DNA of 64,000 nucleotides from Kiritimatiellia bacterium (GTDB lineage: Bacteria; Verrucomicrobiota; Kiritimatiellia; RFP12; UBA1067): assembly GCA_050949565.1 (NCBI GenBank), contig JBMNFY010000017.1, forward strand, positions 1,856,001 to 1,920,000. The letters are read 5' to 3'. Below, in pieces: positions 11,423-21,140 of the stretch (positions are counted from its first letter, which is position 1; every line of letters starts with the position of its first letter). A model generated the notes under the pieces. It was given only the letters and a program-made list of their open reading frames with translations. It was not told the DNA's origin and did not search any database. The translations under genes were made by a program, and so were the position numbers.

Positions 11423-12037
11423 ATGGATGAACAATCAAAACGGCTGATCGTGAACGCGATCACCTTTGGGCGTGTACCGTTTGTCGTACTGTTTATGGTG
11501 TTGGCCGTGATTGACGCCTATTGGCCGTCACGCTGGCTCGCGATCTCGGCGACCGCCTCATTGGTGATCGCCTCGCTGACCGACCTCTACGACGGCAAAC
11601 TGGCGCGCAAGTGGAACGTAGTCAGCAAGTTCGGGGCGATGGCCGATCCGTTGATGGATAAGGTCTTCTACCTGGTGGTTTTCCCCACTTTGCTCTGGCT
11701 ACTGGGCCGCCAGCCGGACGAGGCGATCCACGCCTTGGTCATGCTGATTTTCACCGTGCTCTACATCCTGCGCGACCAGTGGGTGACCTTCCTGCGCTCG
11801 GTGGGTTCGCTCTATAACGCAAACTGCGGCGCCAACTGGCTCGGCAAGTTCCGCACGGCGATCAGCTTCCCCTCCGCCTGTATCATCTACGTCTACGTCT
11901 CTCTACACCCGTGGTTCTTACCGCAGGCGTTGGTTTACGTGATTGAGGCGTTCCTGATCTTTGTCAACTTCTGGTCGATCGTGGTCTATACCCGTCAGTA
12001 CATGCCCTATCTCAAACGAGCGATCGGCAAGAATTGA
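11423..12037 (+). CDS. CDP-alcohol phosphatidyltransferase (PgsA-like)
   Basis: NAITFGR...ASLTDLYDGKLARKWNVVSKFGAMADPLMDK matches the DxxDGxxAR...GxxxDxxxD signature. Start uncertain (11384, 11417 or 11423). Confidence 0.9.
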   Translation: MDEQSKRLIVNAITFGRVPFVVLFMVLAVIDAYWPSRWLAISATASLVIASLTDLYDGKLARKWNVVSKFGAMADPLMDKVFYLVVFPTLLWLLGRQPDEAIHALVMLIFTVLYILRDQWVTFLRSVGSLYNANCGANWLGKFRTAISFPSACIIYVYVSLHPWFLPQALVYVIEAFLIFVNFWSIVVYTRQYMPYLKRAIGKN

Positions 12038-12807
12038 CGCTTCTGATCGCAAAGAGCGCCACGGCCAGCGCACTCACCACGTTCAACGAATTTTTGCGGC
12101 CGGCCAAAGGAATACGTACAACCGCGTCACAAGCCTGCACGACGTCAGGGTCGAGTCCGAAACGTTCGTTACCGACCACCAGCGCACACGGCAAAGGCCA
12201 CTCGAACGCCCCCACCGACGGCGCGTCAGCCACAGTCTCCAACGCCACGCACGGCACTCCCGCCGTGCGCAGTTCGTCAATCACTTCGCGAACCCCGCCG
12301 GCATGACGCCAAGCCACCAGCCGCTCGGTGCCCAGCGCCGCACGTGCGGCCTGCGGCTGCTCAGGCGACGGCGTGTAGCCGCACAACAACACCTCGCGCA
12401 CACCGAAACACTCAGCGGTGCGGAAGAGCCCGCCGACATTGAAGGCCGAGCGGATCGAATCTGCAACCACCGTCAGCGGCAGCGGCGGTGCCGCCGGTGC
12501 CTCGTCGGGCGGCAGGTCGGCATCCAGGATCTCCACGTCAGTGATCTTGAGACGCGCCACCGCGCGCTCGACCGGTACCCGCACGCAGTCAAACTGGCGC
12601 AACGTGAGCCCTGGCAACAACAGACGTGCCAGAGCGGCCAGAGCGCGGCAACGCGCGCTGTTCCGCCAGCCAGGCGCGGCAGGCCTCACGTTCGCGTTCG
12701 CGCGCCGCTTCGTCCGGCCAGACACGTTCCAAGGCGCGCAGCCGTTCGAGCGCTTCGCGCCACATCCGCTGCTCCTCGCCCGCAGAGAGACGGCCCGTGC
12801 CCGGCAT
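12012..12807 (-). CDS. TrmH/SpoU-family RNA methyltransferase, one frameshift near 12640-12665
   Basis: VVADSIRSAFNVGGLFRTAECFG, ALVVGNERFGL and RIPLAGRKNSLNV are SPOUT motifs. The N-terminus lies in another frame (ORF 12589..12807), whose ATG follows the upstream stop at 12811. Confidence 0.85.
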
Positions 12808-12810
12808 GGC

Positions 12811-13719
12811 TCACTTGCCTTGCGGCGTCCCCTTGACCTTAAGCGGAACCGCGTAAAAACCCTTCGAAGCGGTTACAAAGAGCGTGTCCTTTTTCGGGCC
12901 ACCGATACAGACGTTGGCCGTCCAGCCTTCGGGAATTTTGATCACGCCCAAGAAGGCGCCCGCCTTATCGTAGACATAGACCCCCTCTTTGTGGGTCAGG
13001 TAAACCCGGCCGTCGACATCGAGCGTCATACCGTCCGAGCCCTTCTCGCAGAAAAGCCGCTTGCCAGCCAGCGTGCCGTCAGGCTGGATCTCATACACGA
13101 AGGTTTTGTTCGCCTTGATGTCAGCCACGTAGAGATGCTTGCCGTCTGGCGTGCCGACGATCCCGTTCGGTTGCAGCAGGTCATCGGTCACACGGCGCGG
13201 CGTGCCGCCCTTGGGCAGGAAATAGACCTGTTGCGAGTCTTGCGGCGCATCTGTGTGCGTCCACCACGGACGCTTGTAAAAGGGATCCGTGAAATAACAG
13301 CCGCCGCCCTCCGGACAGGCCCACACATCGTTGGGGCCATTCAGCGCCTTGCCGGCGTGCGCCTTCGTAAGCACCGTCACCTTGCCATCCGGCGTGACCG
13401 ACCACAACTCCGTCTTCTCATCGGCGCAGACCAGCAGGTTGCCGTCCGGCGCGAAGCACATGCCGTTGGCGCGGCCCGCTGGCTCCATGAACGTTCGCAG
13501 TCCCTGCTCACGCGACCAGCGCAGGATCTTGTTGTTCGGTTGGTCCACAAAGAAAACCTCACCCGCCGCATTGACGGTCGCCCCTTCCGTGAACTTAAAT
13601 CCGTCTGCCAGCTTTTCCGCCACTGTGCCCGGCGCGACCACATCATCTAGCCCCGCCGCGACTGCGCATGCGACCACCATGCCCGACGCCAGCCCGATCA
13701 ACCCTAATTTCAGTTTCAT
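12811..13719 (-). CDS. SMP-30/gluconolactonase/LRE-family protein, exported
   Basis: GFKFTEGA, ANGMCFAPDG, LNGPNDVW, PNGIVGTPDG and GSDGMTLDVDG motifs; N-terminal signal peptide. Confidence 0.9.
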   Translation of the reverse strand: MKLKLGLIGLASGMVVACAVAAGLDDVVAPGTVAEKLADGFKFTEGATVNAAGEVFFVDQPNNKILRWSREQGLRTFMEPAGRANGMCFAPDGNLLVCADEKTELWSVTPDGKVTVLTKAHAGKALNGPNDVWACPEGGGCYFTDPFYKRPWWTHTDAPQDSQQVYFLPKGGTPRRVTDDLLQPNGIVGTPDGKHLYVADIKANKTFVYEIQPDGTLAGKRLFCEKGSDGMTLDVDGRVYLTHKEGVYVYDKAGAFLGVIKIPEGWTANVCIGGPKKDTLFVTASKGFYAVPLKVKGTPQGK

Positions 13720-13851
13720 GCCTTGTCCTTTCCTTGCTGTTGTTCATTCGTCCACCCACAGGATTGGACACCAGTTTACCGTTTCACGCCTGTCATGGCA
13801 ACGGCGGCTTCCGCGCTGTGCGCGGAGTTAACATTTAGGAATTAGGATTTA

Positions 13852-14136
13852 GCCTAAAAAGAGCAGTTGAACCTTCAACTCTCTTTGGTTTCTGGTTTCA
13901 AGGTTTCATGGTTTCATCCAAATCGGGATCGGGATCGCTATCGGGATCGATTGTTTAACCACGGAACACACCGAACACACGGAAAGGCATGGCTCTGTTT
14001 CCGTGTGTTTAGTGTGTTCCGTGGTTCCAATCAGAAATTGCGTTCTGCACCAAATAGGTGCGGCGCGGATCTCAACGGAAGCCAATGTTTACGGGGCTTT
14101 GCTCAAAATCTGCATGCTCAACTGCTCTTTTTAGGC
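13852..14136. mobile_element. MITE copy 1 (TIR CCTAAAAAGAGCAGTTGA)
   Basis: Perfect terminal IR agcctaaaaagagcagttga/tcaactgctctttttaggct; near-identical second copy at 42271-42560; no transposase inside. Confidence 0.85.
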
Positions 14137-14209
14137 TGAATCGAGCTCAGGCGTATGTTATTTTTAAGTGCGTTGAAGGAAAGACCGCAGACCAAGCAGC
14201 AGAAAAGTC

Positions 14210-14482
14210 ATGAAGCTCGAAGACACAATATGCCCAAAGTGCAATGCGAAGGGAACTTGCGAAAGTATTCCTCATCTGGGTCATGTCAACATTGCGGCAC
14301 TTCTGTTCGGTGGCGCACTCTTCTCCCTGCTTTGGAGCGGGAGCCGTCCAACTCGACTGAAGTGTTCCTCTTGCGGGCACCGGTTCTCTCGCCGCTTACG
14401 GTGGGCCAAGATCGGGTTTGTCTTGTTCTGGGGCATCATCATCGGCGTGGTGCTGCTATGGATGCTTGCGCCAGAGGAATGA
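14210..14482 (+). CDS. Small membrane protein with two CxxC pairs (zinc-ribbon/LITAF-like)
   Basis: CPKC, a hydrophobic segment, CSSCGHRF and a C-terminal TM helix; visibly lower GC than neighbouring genes. Confidence 0.6.
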   Translation: MKLEDTICPKCNAKGTCESIPHLGHVNIAALLFGGALFSLLWSGSRPTRLKCSSCGHRFSRRLRWAKIGFVLFWGIIIGVVLLWMLAPEE

Positions 14483-14574
14483 AACGAAGGCCCTTACCCA
14501 CTTCCGCTTTCTAGTCATTAGCCGCTTTCCTTTCGTGTTCTTCGTATGAAAAAACTACGTAGCCATGCTCCACT

Positions 14575-14611
14575 TTGAGCATTGAAAGTTGGAAGTTAAG
14601 CGTTGAGCGTT
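14575..14611. repeat. Degenerate heptamer tract (TTGAGCG/TTGAAAG-type)
   Basis: ttgagca ttgaaag ttggaag ttaagcg ttgagcg tt, abutting the GH10 stop codon. The same unit (either strand) occurs at ~35252-35279, ~45377-45395 and ~60502-60523. Confidence 0.7.
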
Positions 14612-16383
14612 CATGGTATTGCAACAGTCAGGTTACATCCCGAGTTTGTCAGTGTGACAGGACGCGATACGGTCTTGCCGTCCCGCATGACCGTGATGAC
14701 GTAGTCGCCTAGGAAACCGCGCGTCCGCGCCGTACCGTCCGCGCCGGAGGTGAGCGTTTCGTTGGTCCACCAAGTCCGGGTGACAAGATCCAGCCAGACC
14801 TGTCCGGCGGGCTTGAGCGACCAATCGCTGCGGTAGTAGGCGGCGTTGGGCCGCCAGTGCGAGTCTTCCCAGAACCCCCATGTCAGCAGCGCGACCACGG
14901 CAGGATGGCTGAACACGACAGTCAGGAAGTCGCGCGTGAAGTCGGCCTGGAGCTGTTCGTCTTGGGTGTCGATGTCATGCTCGGTAATCGAAATCGCAAG
15001 GCCGAGTGCGGCAAAGCGGTCCAAGATTTTGAGCATGCGTTCGGGCGGCGTGGGCGTGCCTCCGAAATGTGCCTGCATACCGAGTCCGTTGATCGGTGCG
15101 CCGCCCTGCTTGAGAAACCGCAAGGTTTTTTCGAAATGATCTTGATGTGCCCGGTCCAAGCCGCCGCCGGACAGGATGGCGTAATCATTGAGGTAAAGGT
15201 TGACCTCCGGATCGTAGCGGCGGGCCAGCTTAAACCAAGCGATCATCTCCTCGTCACCGAGAACCTTCATCAGATCGTGGTTGGTGTAAGGTTCGTTGAT
15301 GACATCCCAGTCGATCAGTCGGCCTTTCAGGATCGACACCTCGTGTGCGATGTGTGCGTTGATGCGCGCGCGCAATTTTTCGGGGTCGTCTTTGTGCGTT
15401 TGCAGGTCGCGGGGTGTGTGCCTCCATGAGGGCCACACCAGACAATGACCACGCACGTCAATCCGCCGCTCGCGCAGCCAGTCAAGCGCCCGCAGAACAG
15501 ACGCTTGATGATCTGGTTTGTCCCAATTGTTCCACTTGAGGTCGTTTTCAAACACGACGCGTGAAAAGTTTTTTTCGATGACCGCGCGGTATTTCTCGCC
15601 GTCGGCATCCTGCCGCAGAATGCCCTTCACGGTCACGGCCGAGCCCCAACCGAATGCGTGCCGCCGCATCTCCACCGCCACCTTGGCGCCGGGCACAGGC
15701 CGACCTGTGCTGTCGGTCACGCGCACCGCAAGATCGGCCTTGCGGTGTTGCTCGATGCGTGCTGCGGCTGCGGTGCGCCAAGGTGCGTCCAACGCCTGTC
15801 CCGCGTAGGAGATCCGTGTACGCGGCAAGCGTGCGAGGTCGTAGCCGGTTCCAAAGGCGTAGAGCGCGACATCCGCGATTTCGACACACTGCGCCATGAC
15901 ACCCAGATGGAACCCCGCGCTGGCACGACCGGCCTCATAGGCTTCACGCGACTTGAAGGGCAGGAAATATTCCTGCCATGTGCGCCCCAGCGTGACACCG
16001 CAACTCAGCGATTTGTCATGCGGCGGTCCGGCCTTCTCAAAGATCGCATGGACCTGTCCTTCGCCGTTTTCTGTGCGGGATTCCAGTGTGCGCGCAAAGA
16101 AACGCATCCAGAGCACTTCGCCCTTTTCGATGCGGCGTGTCGTACGGAACTGAAACTGAACCGCCCAAGGGCGTTCGGGCTGTGTGCGGATGTCGCAACG
16201 GATCGCTTCGGCGAAAGGCTGGCCCTCGACCTTCACGCGCGTCAAGGTGGCATGTTCGGTCTGGCTCTCCGCGCGTAGCGACGCGATGGCGTTTTCCTGA
16301 ATCGCGGGCACACCGCCCTCAGGCACTGCGGCAATCAGGCTACAAGCAACAAGGAGCGTCAAGCTCATCAATAGGCGTTTCAT
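14611..16383 (-). CDS. GH10 endo-1,4-beta-xylanase-like protein with N-terminal CBM-like domain
   Basis: VVFENDLKW, VRGHCLVW, DWDVINEP (acid/base Glu), LYLNDY, GLGMQAHF and ISITEHDI (nucleophile Glu); signal peptide from MKRLL at 16383. Confidence 0.92.
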   Translation of the reverse strand: MKRLLMSLTLLVACSLIAAVPEGGVPAIQENAIASLRAESQTEHATLTRVKVEGQPFAEAIRCDIRTQPERPWAVQFQFRTTRRIEKGEVLWMRFFARTLESRTENGEGQVHAIFEKAGPPHDKSLSCGVTLGRTWQEYFLPFKSREAYEAGRASAGFHLGVMAQCVEIADVALYAFGTGYDLARLPRTRISYAGQALDAPWRTAAAARIEQHRKADLAVRVTDSTGRPVPGAKVAVEMRRHAFGWGSAVTVKGILRQDADGEKYRAVIEKNFSRVVFENDLKWNNWDKPDHQASVLRALDWLRERRIDVRGHCLVWPSWRHTPRDLQTHKDDPEKLRARINAHIAHEVSILKGRLIDWDVINEPYTNHDLMKVLGDEEMIAWFKLARRYDPEVNLYLNDYAILSGGGLDRAHQDHFEKTLRFLKQGGAPINGLGMQAHFGGTPTPPERMLKILDRFAALGLAISITEHDIDTQDEQLQADFTRDFLTVVFSHPAVVALLTWGFWEDSHWRPNAAYYRSDWSLKPAGQVWLDLVTRTWWTNETLTSGADGTARTRGFLGDYVITVMRDGKTVSRPVTLTNSGCNLTVAIP

Positions 16384-16394
16384 TGGATTCCCTT

Positions 16395-18374
16395 TCATGC
16401 AGCGTGAAAGCGGCTGGCGTTCGGCAACGGCATGTCCAGCAGATCGGCTAACGCACGCAGCAGTTCGGTTTCGTCCACGGTCAGCATGCCGTCGGCGCGC
16501 ATCACGAATGCGCAGGCGTTCAGCAGTTCGCCCTTAAAGAGTGGTGTGAGGCCATCAAGCCGTTGCACGGCGGCCTCCCACTGGGTCAGCGTGCAATCGC
16601 GCCGTGCCGGCATCGGCAGCCGGTCGACGCGGAAGGAGGTCGCGCGCGCCACACCTTCACGCCATGCTGCTTCGGCGGCGGCGTCATCGTGCGGCTGCCC
16701 CAGATAAGCCATCACGCCCAACACGGTCGCGGCCTCGGCCTGTACCCGCGCGGGCGGCAGCGGCTTGCCGTAGAAGCCGCGCCTCACGCTGGTCGACGAT
16801 AACGCGCGCTGCATGCGTCCGAGCAGCAGGACTTCGAACAGCGAGCGCTCATGGTCTGCATCCGCCAATTCGCGAGCCAGCGCTAGACAGGTCTCGCAAC
16901 CGGCGGACGGACGCTGCCGGACCCCCTCAACCGCCAGATCCAGCAGTTTGCGGCGTGCGGTGCGGTCTAAGCTCCGCAGCGCGTCGTACCAGCGTTCGGC
17001 AGCCGTGGCTAGCGCGGTTGTCTCTGTGACGGCGATCTGGCTGCGCTGACGTTGGCGCACGTCCTCATCTTCGCTCAGTAGCAGCCCGTAAAGCGCGGCG
17101 GCGGCATCGTCGGGGCGGACCAGTGTTTCGCGCAGACCGGGATCAAGCGTAGGCAATACCACGGTGGCCGTCGGAATTTCCGCCGCCTCGGACAACGCTG
17201 TGTCCGCCGCTGATGCCAGGCTCAGTTCTGAAGCGACTCCTGCCGCAGATGGAGGCACAGGCGGGGGTGCCGGTGGCGGAGGCGGCTCATTTCCTTTTGG
17301 TGGTTTGCGCCACGGCTTGAAGTTGCCCGTAAATTCGGGGTCCAACTGTTGGATACGCTCCAGTAGCGGCGGATGCGTGGCGAAGAGCTTGTCTACTGTG
17401 CCGGCCGAAAAGAGCAGGTGCGAAAGCTCGCTGCGGTTGGCACAGCGCATCTCGCTGCCATGTTGCGATGCGCCGATCCGCTTGAGCGCGCCGGCCAGTC
17501 CCATAGGATTACGCGTGAACTGCACGGCAGAGGCATCCGCCAGATATTCGCGCTGGCGCGACACCGAGGCCTGAATTAACCGTGCGAAAAGGACCCCTAT
17601 GCTGCCGATCACCCAGAGCGCCAGCCCGGAAAGGAACAGGATCAACAGAGCACCGCCGCCATTGCCTTTCTTATCGTCCGACGAGCGTGCGTAGCGCAAC
17701 GAGCGCATCAACTGGTAGCCCAGGATCGAGGTCACCAAGATGCCAAAAAGAATGCTGAGCAGCCAACAGTTGAGCCGCATGTCGCCATTTTTGATGTGAC
17801 TGAATTCATGTGCGACCACGCCATGCAGTTCTTCGCGCGACAGCCGTTCCAGCGCGCCGCGCGTCACGGCGATCGCCGCATTGTGCAGCGAGAAGCCTGC
17901 CGCAAAGGCATTGATGCCGCGCTCCTTGTCCAGTACGAAAACCCGCGGCACCGGCACGCCCGAAGCCAGTGCCACCTCCTCCACGATATTGAGCAGACGC
18001 CGTTCCAGAAACTCTTTGACATAACCGGGAGCGATCTCGCGACCGCCGGCCGAACGTGCCACCGCCGCGCCGCCCCCCGCCAGCGAGATGCGGCGATAGA
18101 GCGTACCGCCCCCGATGATCAGCGCGCTGATCCCGGCGGTCACCAACATCCAGTGCGGATCCCACGCGAACACCCGGATGCCGGCACGGTCTTGATCCAG
18201 CGTCTGCCGCTCCTCTGTTTCCTCCTCGTCACGCGACAGCTCCACCGCGAGCACCGCAATCGCTCGCGAGGCGAGGTAGAAGGCGCAGACAATCAACACC
18301 ACGGCTGCCGCGTAGTATACGAGCAACACGCGCGTCCGGCGGCGGGCGGCTTCCTGGCGGGCAAAGAAGGTCAT
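16395..18374 (-). CDS. M48-family (HtpX-like) zinc metallopeptidase, copy A
   Basis: INAFAAG, VVAHEFSH (HExxH), SRQREYLADA and LFATHPPLLERI; C-terminal TerB-like tail; downstream of lemA. Confidence 0.9.
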   Translation of the reverse strand: MTFFARQEAARRRTRVLLVYYAAAVVLIVCAFYLASRAIAVLAVELSRDEEETEERQTLDQDRAGIRVFAWDPHWMLVTAGISALIIGGGTLYRRISLAGGGAAVARSAGGREIAPGYVKEFLERRLLNIVEEVALASGVPVPRVFVLDKERGINAFAAGFSLHNAAIAVTRGALERLSREELHGVVAHEFSHIKNGDMRLNCWLLSILFGILVTSILGYQLMRSLRYARSSDDKKGNGGGALLILFLSGLALWVIGSIGVLFARLIQASVSRQREYLADASAVQFTRNPMGLAGALKRIGASQHGSEMRCANRSELSHLLFSAGTVDKLFATHPPLLERIQQLDPEFTGNFKPWRKPPKGNEPPPPPAPPPVPPSAAGVASELSLASAADTALSEAAEIPTATVVLPTLDPGLRETLVRPDDAAAALYGLLLSEDEDVRQRQRSQIAVTETTALATAAERWYDALRSLDRTARRKLLDLAVEGVRQRPSAGCETCLALARELADADHERSLFEVLLLGRMQRALSSTSVRRGFYGKPLPPARVQAEAATVLGVMAYLGQPHDDAAAEAAWREGVARATSFRVDRLPMPARRDCTLTQWEAAVQRLDGLTPLFKGELLNACAFVMRADGMLTVDETELLRALADLLDMPLPNASRFHAA

Positions 18375-18384
18375 GGCCGTTCAA

Positions 18385-18975
18385 TCAGAAGCGCACCTGC
18401 GGTGCCTGCCGTTCGGCGTCCGACTCCAGTTCCAGCGACTGCGCCGCCGCGAAGTTGAACATCGAGGCGATCAACGAGCTAGGAAACACCTCGCGGCGGG
18501 TGTTGTAGGCCATGACCTCGTCGTTGTAGGCCTGACGGGCGAAGGCGATGCGGTTCTCGGTGGAGGCGATCTCCTCCTGGAGCTGCATCATATTCTGGTT
18601 GGCCTTGAGGTCGGGGTACTGCTCCACCACCACCATCAGGCGGCCAAGCACACCGCGCAACGCGCCTTCAGCGCCGGCCAGCGCACGCATGGCCGCACCG
18701 TCGGTCGGCGCGGCGGCGGCAGCATTGGCGGCGGCGAACGCCTGGTTACGCGCCGCGATCACGGCTTCGAGCGTCTCGCGTTCGTGCTTCATATAGCCTT
18801 TGGCGGTCTCCACCAGGTTGGGGATCAGGTCATAGCGCCGCTTCAATTGCACATCGATCTGGGCGAACGCATTTTTGAAGCGGTTGCGCGCCTGCACCAA
18901 TCCGTTGTACACGCCGATTGCCCATCCGGCGAGCACCACCAAAACACCGATCACGATTAACAACGTCATGCTCAT
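18385..18975 (-). CDS. lemA: LemA family protein
   Basis: YNGLVQARNRFKNAFAQIDVQLKRRYDLIPNLVETAKGY, EQYPDLKANQN and TENRIAFARQAYND. Confidence 0.95.
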   Translation of the reverse strand: MSMTLLIVIGVLVVLAGWAIGVYNGLVQARNRFKNAFAQIDVQLKRRYDLIPNLVETAKGYMKHERETLEAVIAARNQAFAAANAAAAAPTDGAAMRALAGAEGALRGVLGRLMVVVEQYPDLKANQNMMQLQEEIASTENRIAFARQAYNDEVMAYNTRREVFPSSLIASMFNFAAAQSLELESDAERQAPQVRF

Positions 18976-19039
18976 ACATGCTTCCTTTCTGTTTGTGCTT
19001 TACCGGCGCACAAGAGTGAACCTCTCTCCTTACGGGAGA

Positions 19040-19069
19040 AAAATACCATTCCCGATCTTGCCGCGTCAA
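19040..19069 (-). promoter_or_regulatory. Candidate sigma70 promoter for lemA
   Basis: Minus strand TTGACG-18 bp-TATTTT with a TG extended -10. Confidence 0.4.
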
Positions 19070-19089
19070 GGATGCCGCCGCATTTTCCG

Positions 19090-20970
19090 TCACACGGCCT
19101 GAAAACGACTGTCATCCGGCAGCGGCATGTCCAGCAGATCGGCCAGCGCGCGCAGGAGTTCTGTCTCATCCTCGGTCAGCGTGCCATCGGCGCGCATCAC
19201 GAATGCGCAGGCATTCAGCAGCTCACCCTTAGAGAAAGGCGTGAGGCCGTCAAGTCGCTGCACGGCGGCTTCCCAATGGGTCAGCGTACAATCACGACGC
19301 GCTGGCATCGGCAGCCGGTCGACGCGGAAGGAGGACGCATGTGACACGCCTTCGCGCCATGCCGCTTCGGCGGCGGCGTCATCCTGCGGCTGTCCCAGAT
19401 AGGCCATCACCCCCAGCACGGTTGCGGCCTCGGCCCGTACCCGTGCGGGTGGCAGCGGCTTGTCGAATAAAGCACGCTTCACGCCGGCTGACCACAGTGC
19501 GCGCTGCATGCGCCCGAGCAGTAAGACTTCAAACAGCGAACGCTCGTGATCCGCATCCGCCAGCTCGCGGGCCAGCGCCAGGCAAGACTCGCGACCGGCG
19601 GGCGGTCGTTGCCGAACCCCCACAGTCGCCAGGTCCAGCACTTGGCGGCGTACCGTGCGATCCATGCCCCGCAGTGCGTCGTGCCAGCGTTCGGCGGTTG
19701 TGGCCAGCGCGGTCGTTTCCGCGACGGCGATCCGGTTGCATTGGCGGCGGCGCACGTCCTCGTCTTCGCTCAGCAGCAGCCCGTAAAGCGCGGCGGCGGC
19801 ATTGTCGGGGTGGACCAGTGTTTCGCGCAGGTCGGGATCGAGTGTGGGCAGTACAACGGCAACCGTCGGGATTTCCGCAGCCTCGGACGGTGCCGTGCTT
19901 GCTGATGTCGGGTTTGCGGTAGCATCCGTCGCCGGAACAGGTGCGTCCTCTTGCGGCGACTCGCTCCACGGCGTGAAGTCGCCCGTGAATCCGGGCTCCA
20001 ACCGCTGGATGCGCTCCAACAGCGGCGGATGCGAGTCGAAGATCTCGTCTGGTGTGCCGGCCGAAAAGAGCAGATGCGAAAGCTCGCTACGGTTGGCGCA
20101 GCGCATCTTGTTGTCGTGGCTTGATGCGCCGATCCGCTTGAGCGCGCCGGCCAGTCCTGCAGGGTTGCGCGTGAACTGCACGGCAGAGGCATCCGCCAGA
20201 AACTCGCGTTGATGCGATACTAAGGCCTGGATCTTCTGCGCGAACACGACTCCCACGCCACCGATCAAACAGATCACCATCCCCAGGATGACCATGTCGT
20301 TGCTGTCGTCCTCCATGATAAAGTTGCCCAGGATCGAGGTCGACAAGATGCCGAAGAGGAGGCTCAGCAACCAACTGTTGAGCCGCATGTCGCCATTTTT
20401 GATGTGGCTGAATTCATGCGCGATCACGCCGTGCAATTCCTCGCGCGACAGCCGTTCCAGTGCGCCGCACGTCACGGCGATCGCCGCGTCGTGCAGGGAG
20501 AAGCCCGCCGCAAAGGCATTGATGCTCCGCTCCTTATCCAGCACGAAAACTCGCGGTACCGGTACGCCAGAAGCCAGCGCCACCTCCTCCACGATATTGA
20601 GCAGACGCCGCTCAGGAAACTCGAGGGAACGATCGGGGGTGATTTCACGGCCGCCGGCCGAGAGCGCCACCGCCGCGCCACCCTTGGTCAGCGAGATGCG
20701 GCGATAGATTGTGCCGCCCACGATGAACACCGCGCTTACCCCGGAGGTCATCAGCACCCAGACAGGATTCCACACGAACACCCGCATATAGGCGCAATCC
20801 GGCGAGTATCGTTCCCCCGACATGAGAAGCAGCAGATTCATCAAGAGTGCCGCAAGCCCCCGCAGGATGATATAGAAGGCGCAGACGGTCAGCACCACGG
20901 CTACCGCATAATACAAGAGCAGCACATACGTCCGGCGGCGGGCGGCTTCCTGGCGGGCAAAGAAGGTCAT
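19090..20970 (-). CDS. M48-family (HtpX-like) zinc metallopeptidase, copy B (diverged paralog)
   Basis: Collinear with copy A; keeps IAHEFSH, HQREFLADA and SHPPLLERI; loop and TM segments differ. Confidence 0.9.
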   Translation of the reverse strand: MTFFARQEAARRRTYVLLLYYAVAVVLTVCAFYIILRGLAALLMNLLLLMSGERYSPDCAYMRVFVWNPVWVLMTSGVSAVFIVGGTIYRRISLTKGGAAVALSAGGREITPDRSLEFPERRLLNIVEEVALASGVPVPRVFVLDKERSINAFAAGFSLHDAAIAVTCGALERLSREELHGVIAHEFSHIKNGDMRLNSWLLSLLFGILSTSILGNFIMEDDSNDMVILGMVICLIGGVGVVFAQKIQALVSHQREFLADASAVQFTRNPAGLAGALKRIGASSHDNKMRCANRSELSHLLFSAGTPDEIFDSHPPLLERIQRLEPGFTGDFTPWSESPQEDAPVPATDATANPTSASTAPSEAAEIPTVAVVLPTLDPDLRETLVHPDNAAAALYGLLLSEDEDVRRRQCNRIAVAETTALATTAERWHDALRGMDRTVRRQVLDLATVGVRQRPPAGRESCLALARELADADHERSLFEVLLLGRMQRALWSAGVKRALFDKPLPPARVRAEAATVLGVMAYLGQPQDDAAAEAAWREGVSHASSFRVDRLPMPARRDCTLTHWEAAVQRLDGLTPFSKGELLNACAFVMRADGTLTEDETELLRALADLLDMPLPDDSRFQAV

Positions 20971-21074
20971 GGCCGTTCAACAAGAGGCGCACCTACGGTG
21001 TCTGCCGTTTGGTGTCCGGCCCCACCCCCAACGACTGCACCGCCGACCACGATTACCAACATCGTCGTGCTCAT
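20967..21074 (-). pseudogene. lemA: Internally deleted lemA remnant forming a 35-aa mini-ORF coupled to M48 copy B
   Basis: The 5' part matches the lemA leader and first codons (~18947-19018). It joins directly to sequence matching the last lemA codons (~18373-18449). Reads MSTTMLVIVVGGAVVGGGAGHQTADTVGAPLVERP*, with TGA overlapping the M48 ATG. Confidence 0.8.
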
Positions 21075-21140
21075 GCAGGCTCCCTTTCTGTTTACGCTTT
21101 ACCGGCGCACAAGAGTGGCAACCGGAAAGCGGTAGAATAA

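Noticed and set aside
13852-14136. Possible CRISPR array or ncRNA in the repeat-rich intergenic blocks
   Set aside because: No constant 23-47-bp repeat with unique spacers and no cas genes; TIRs and target duplications fit MITEs better.
16395-20970. M48 paralog pair as a diversity-generating retroelement template/variable repeat
   Set aside because: No reverse transcriptase in the window, and differences are not confined to adenines; ordinary paralog divergence.
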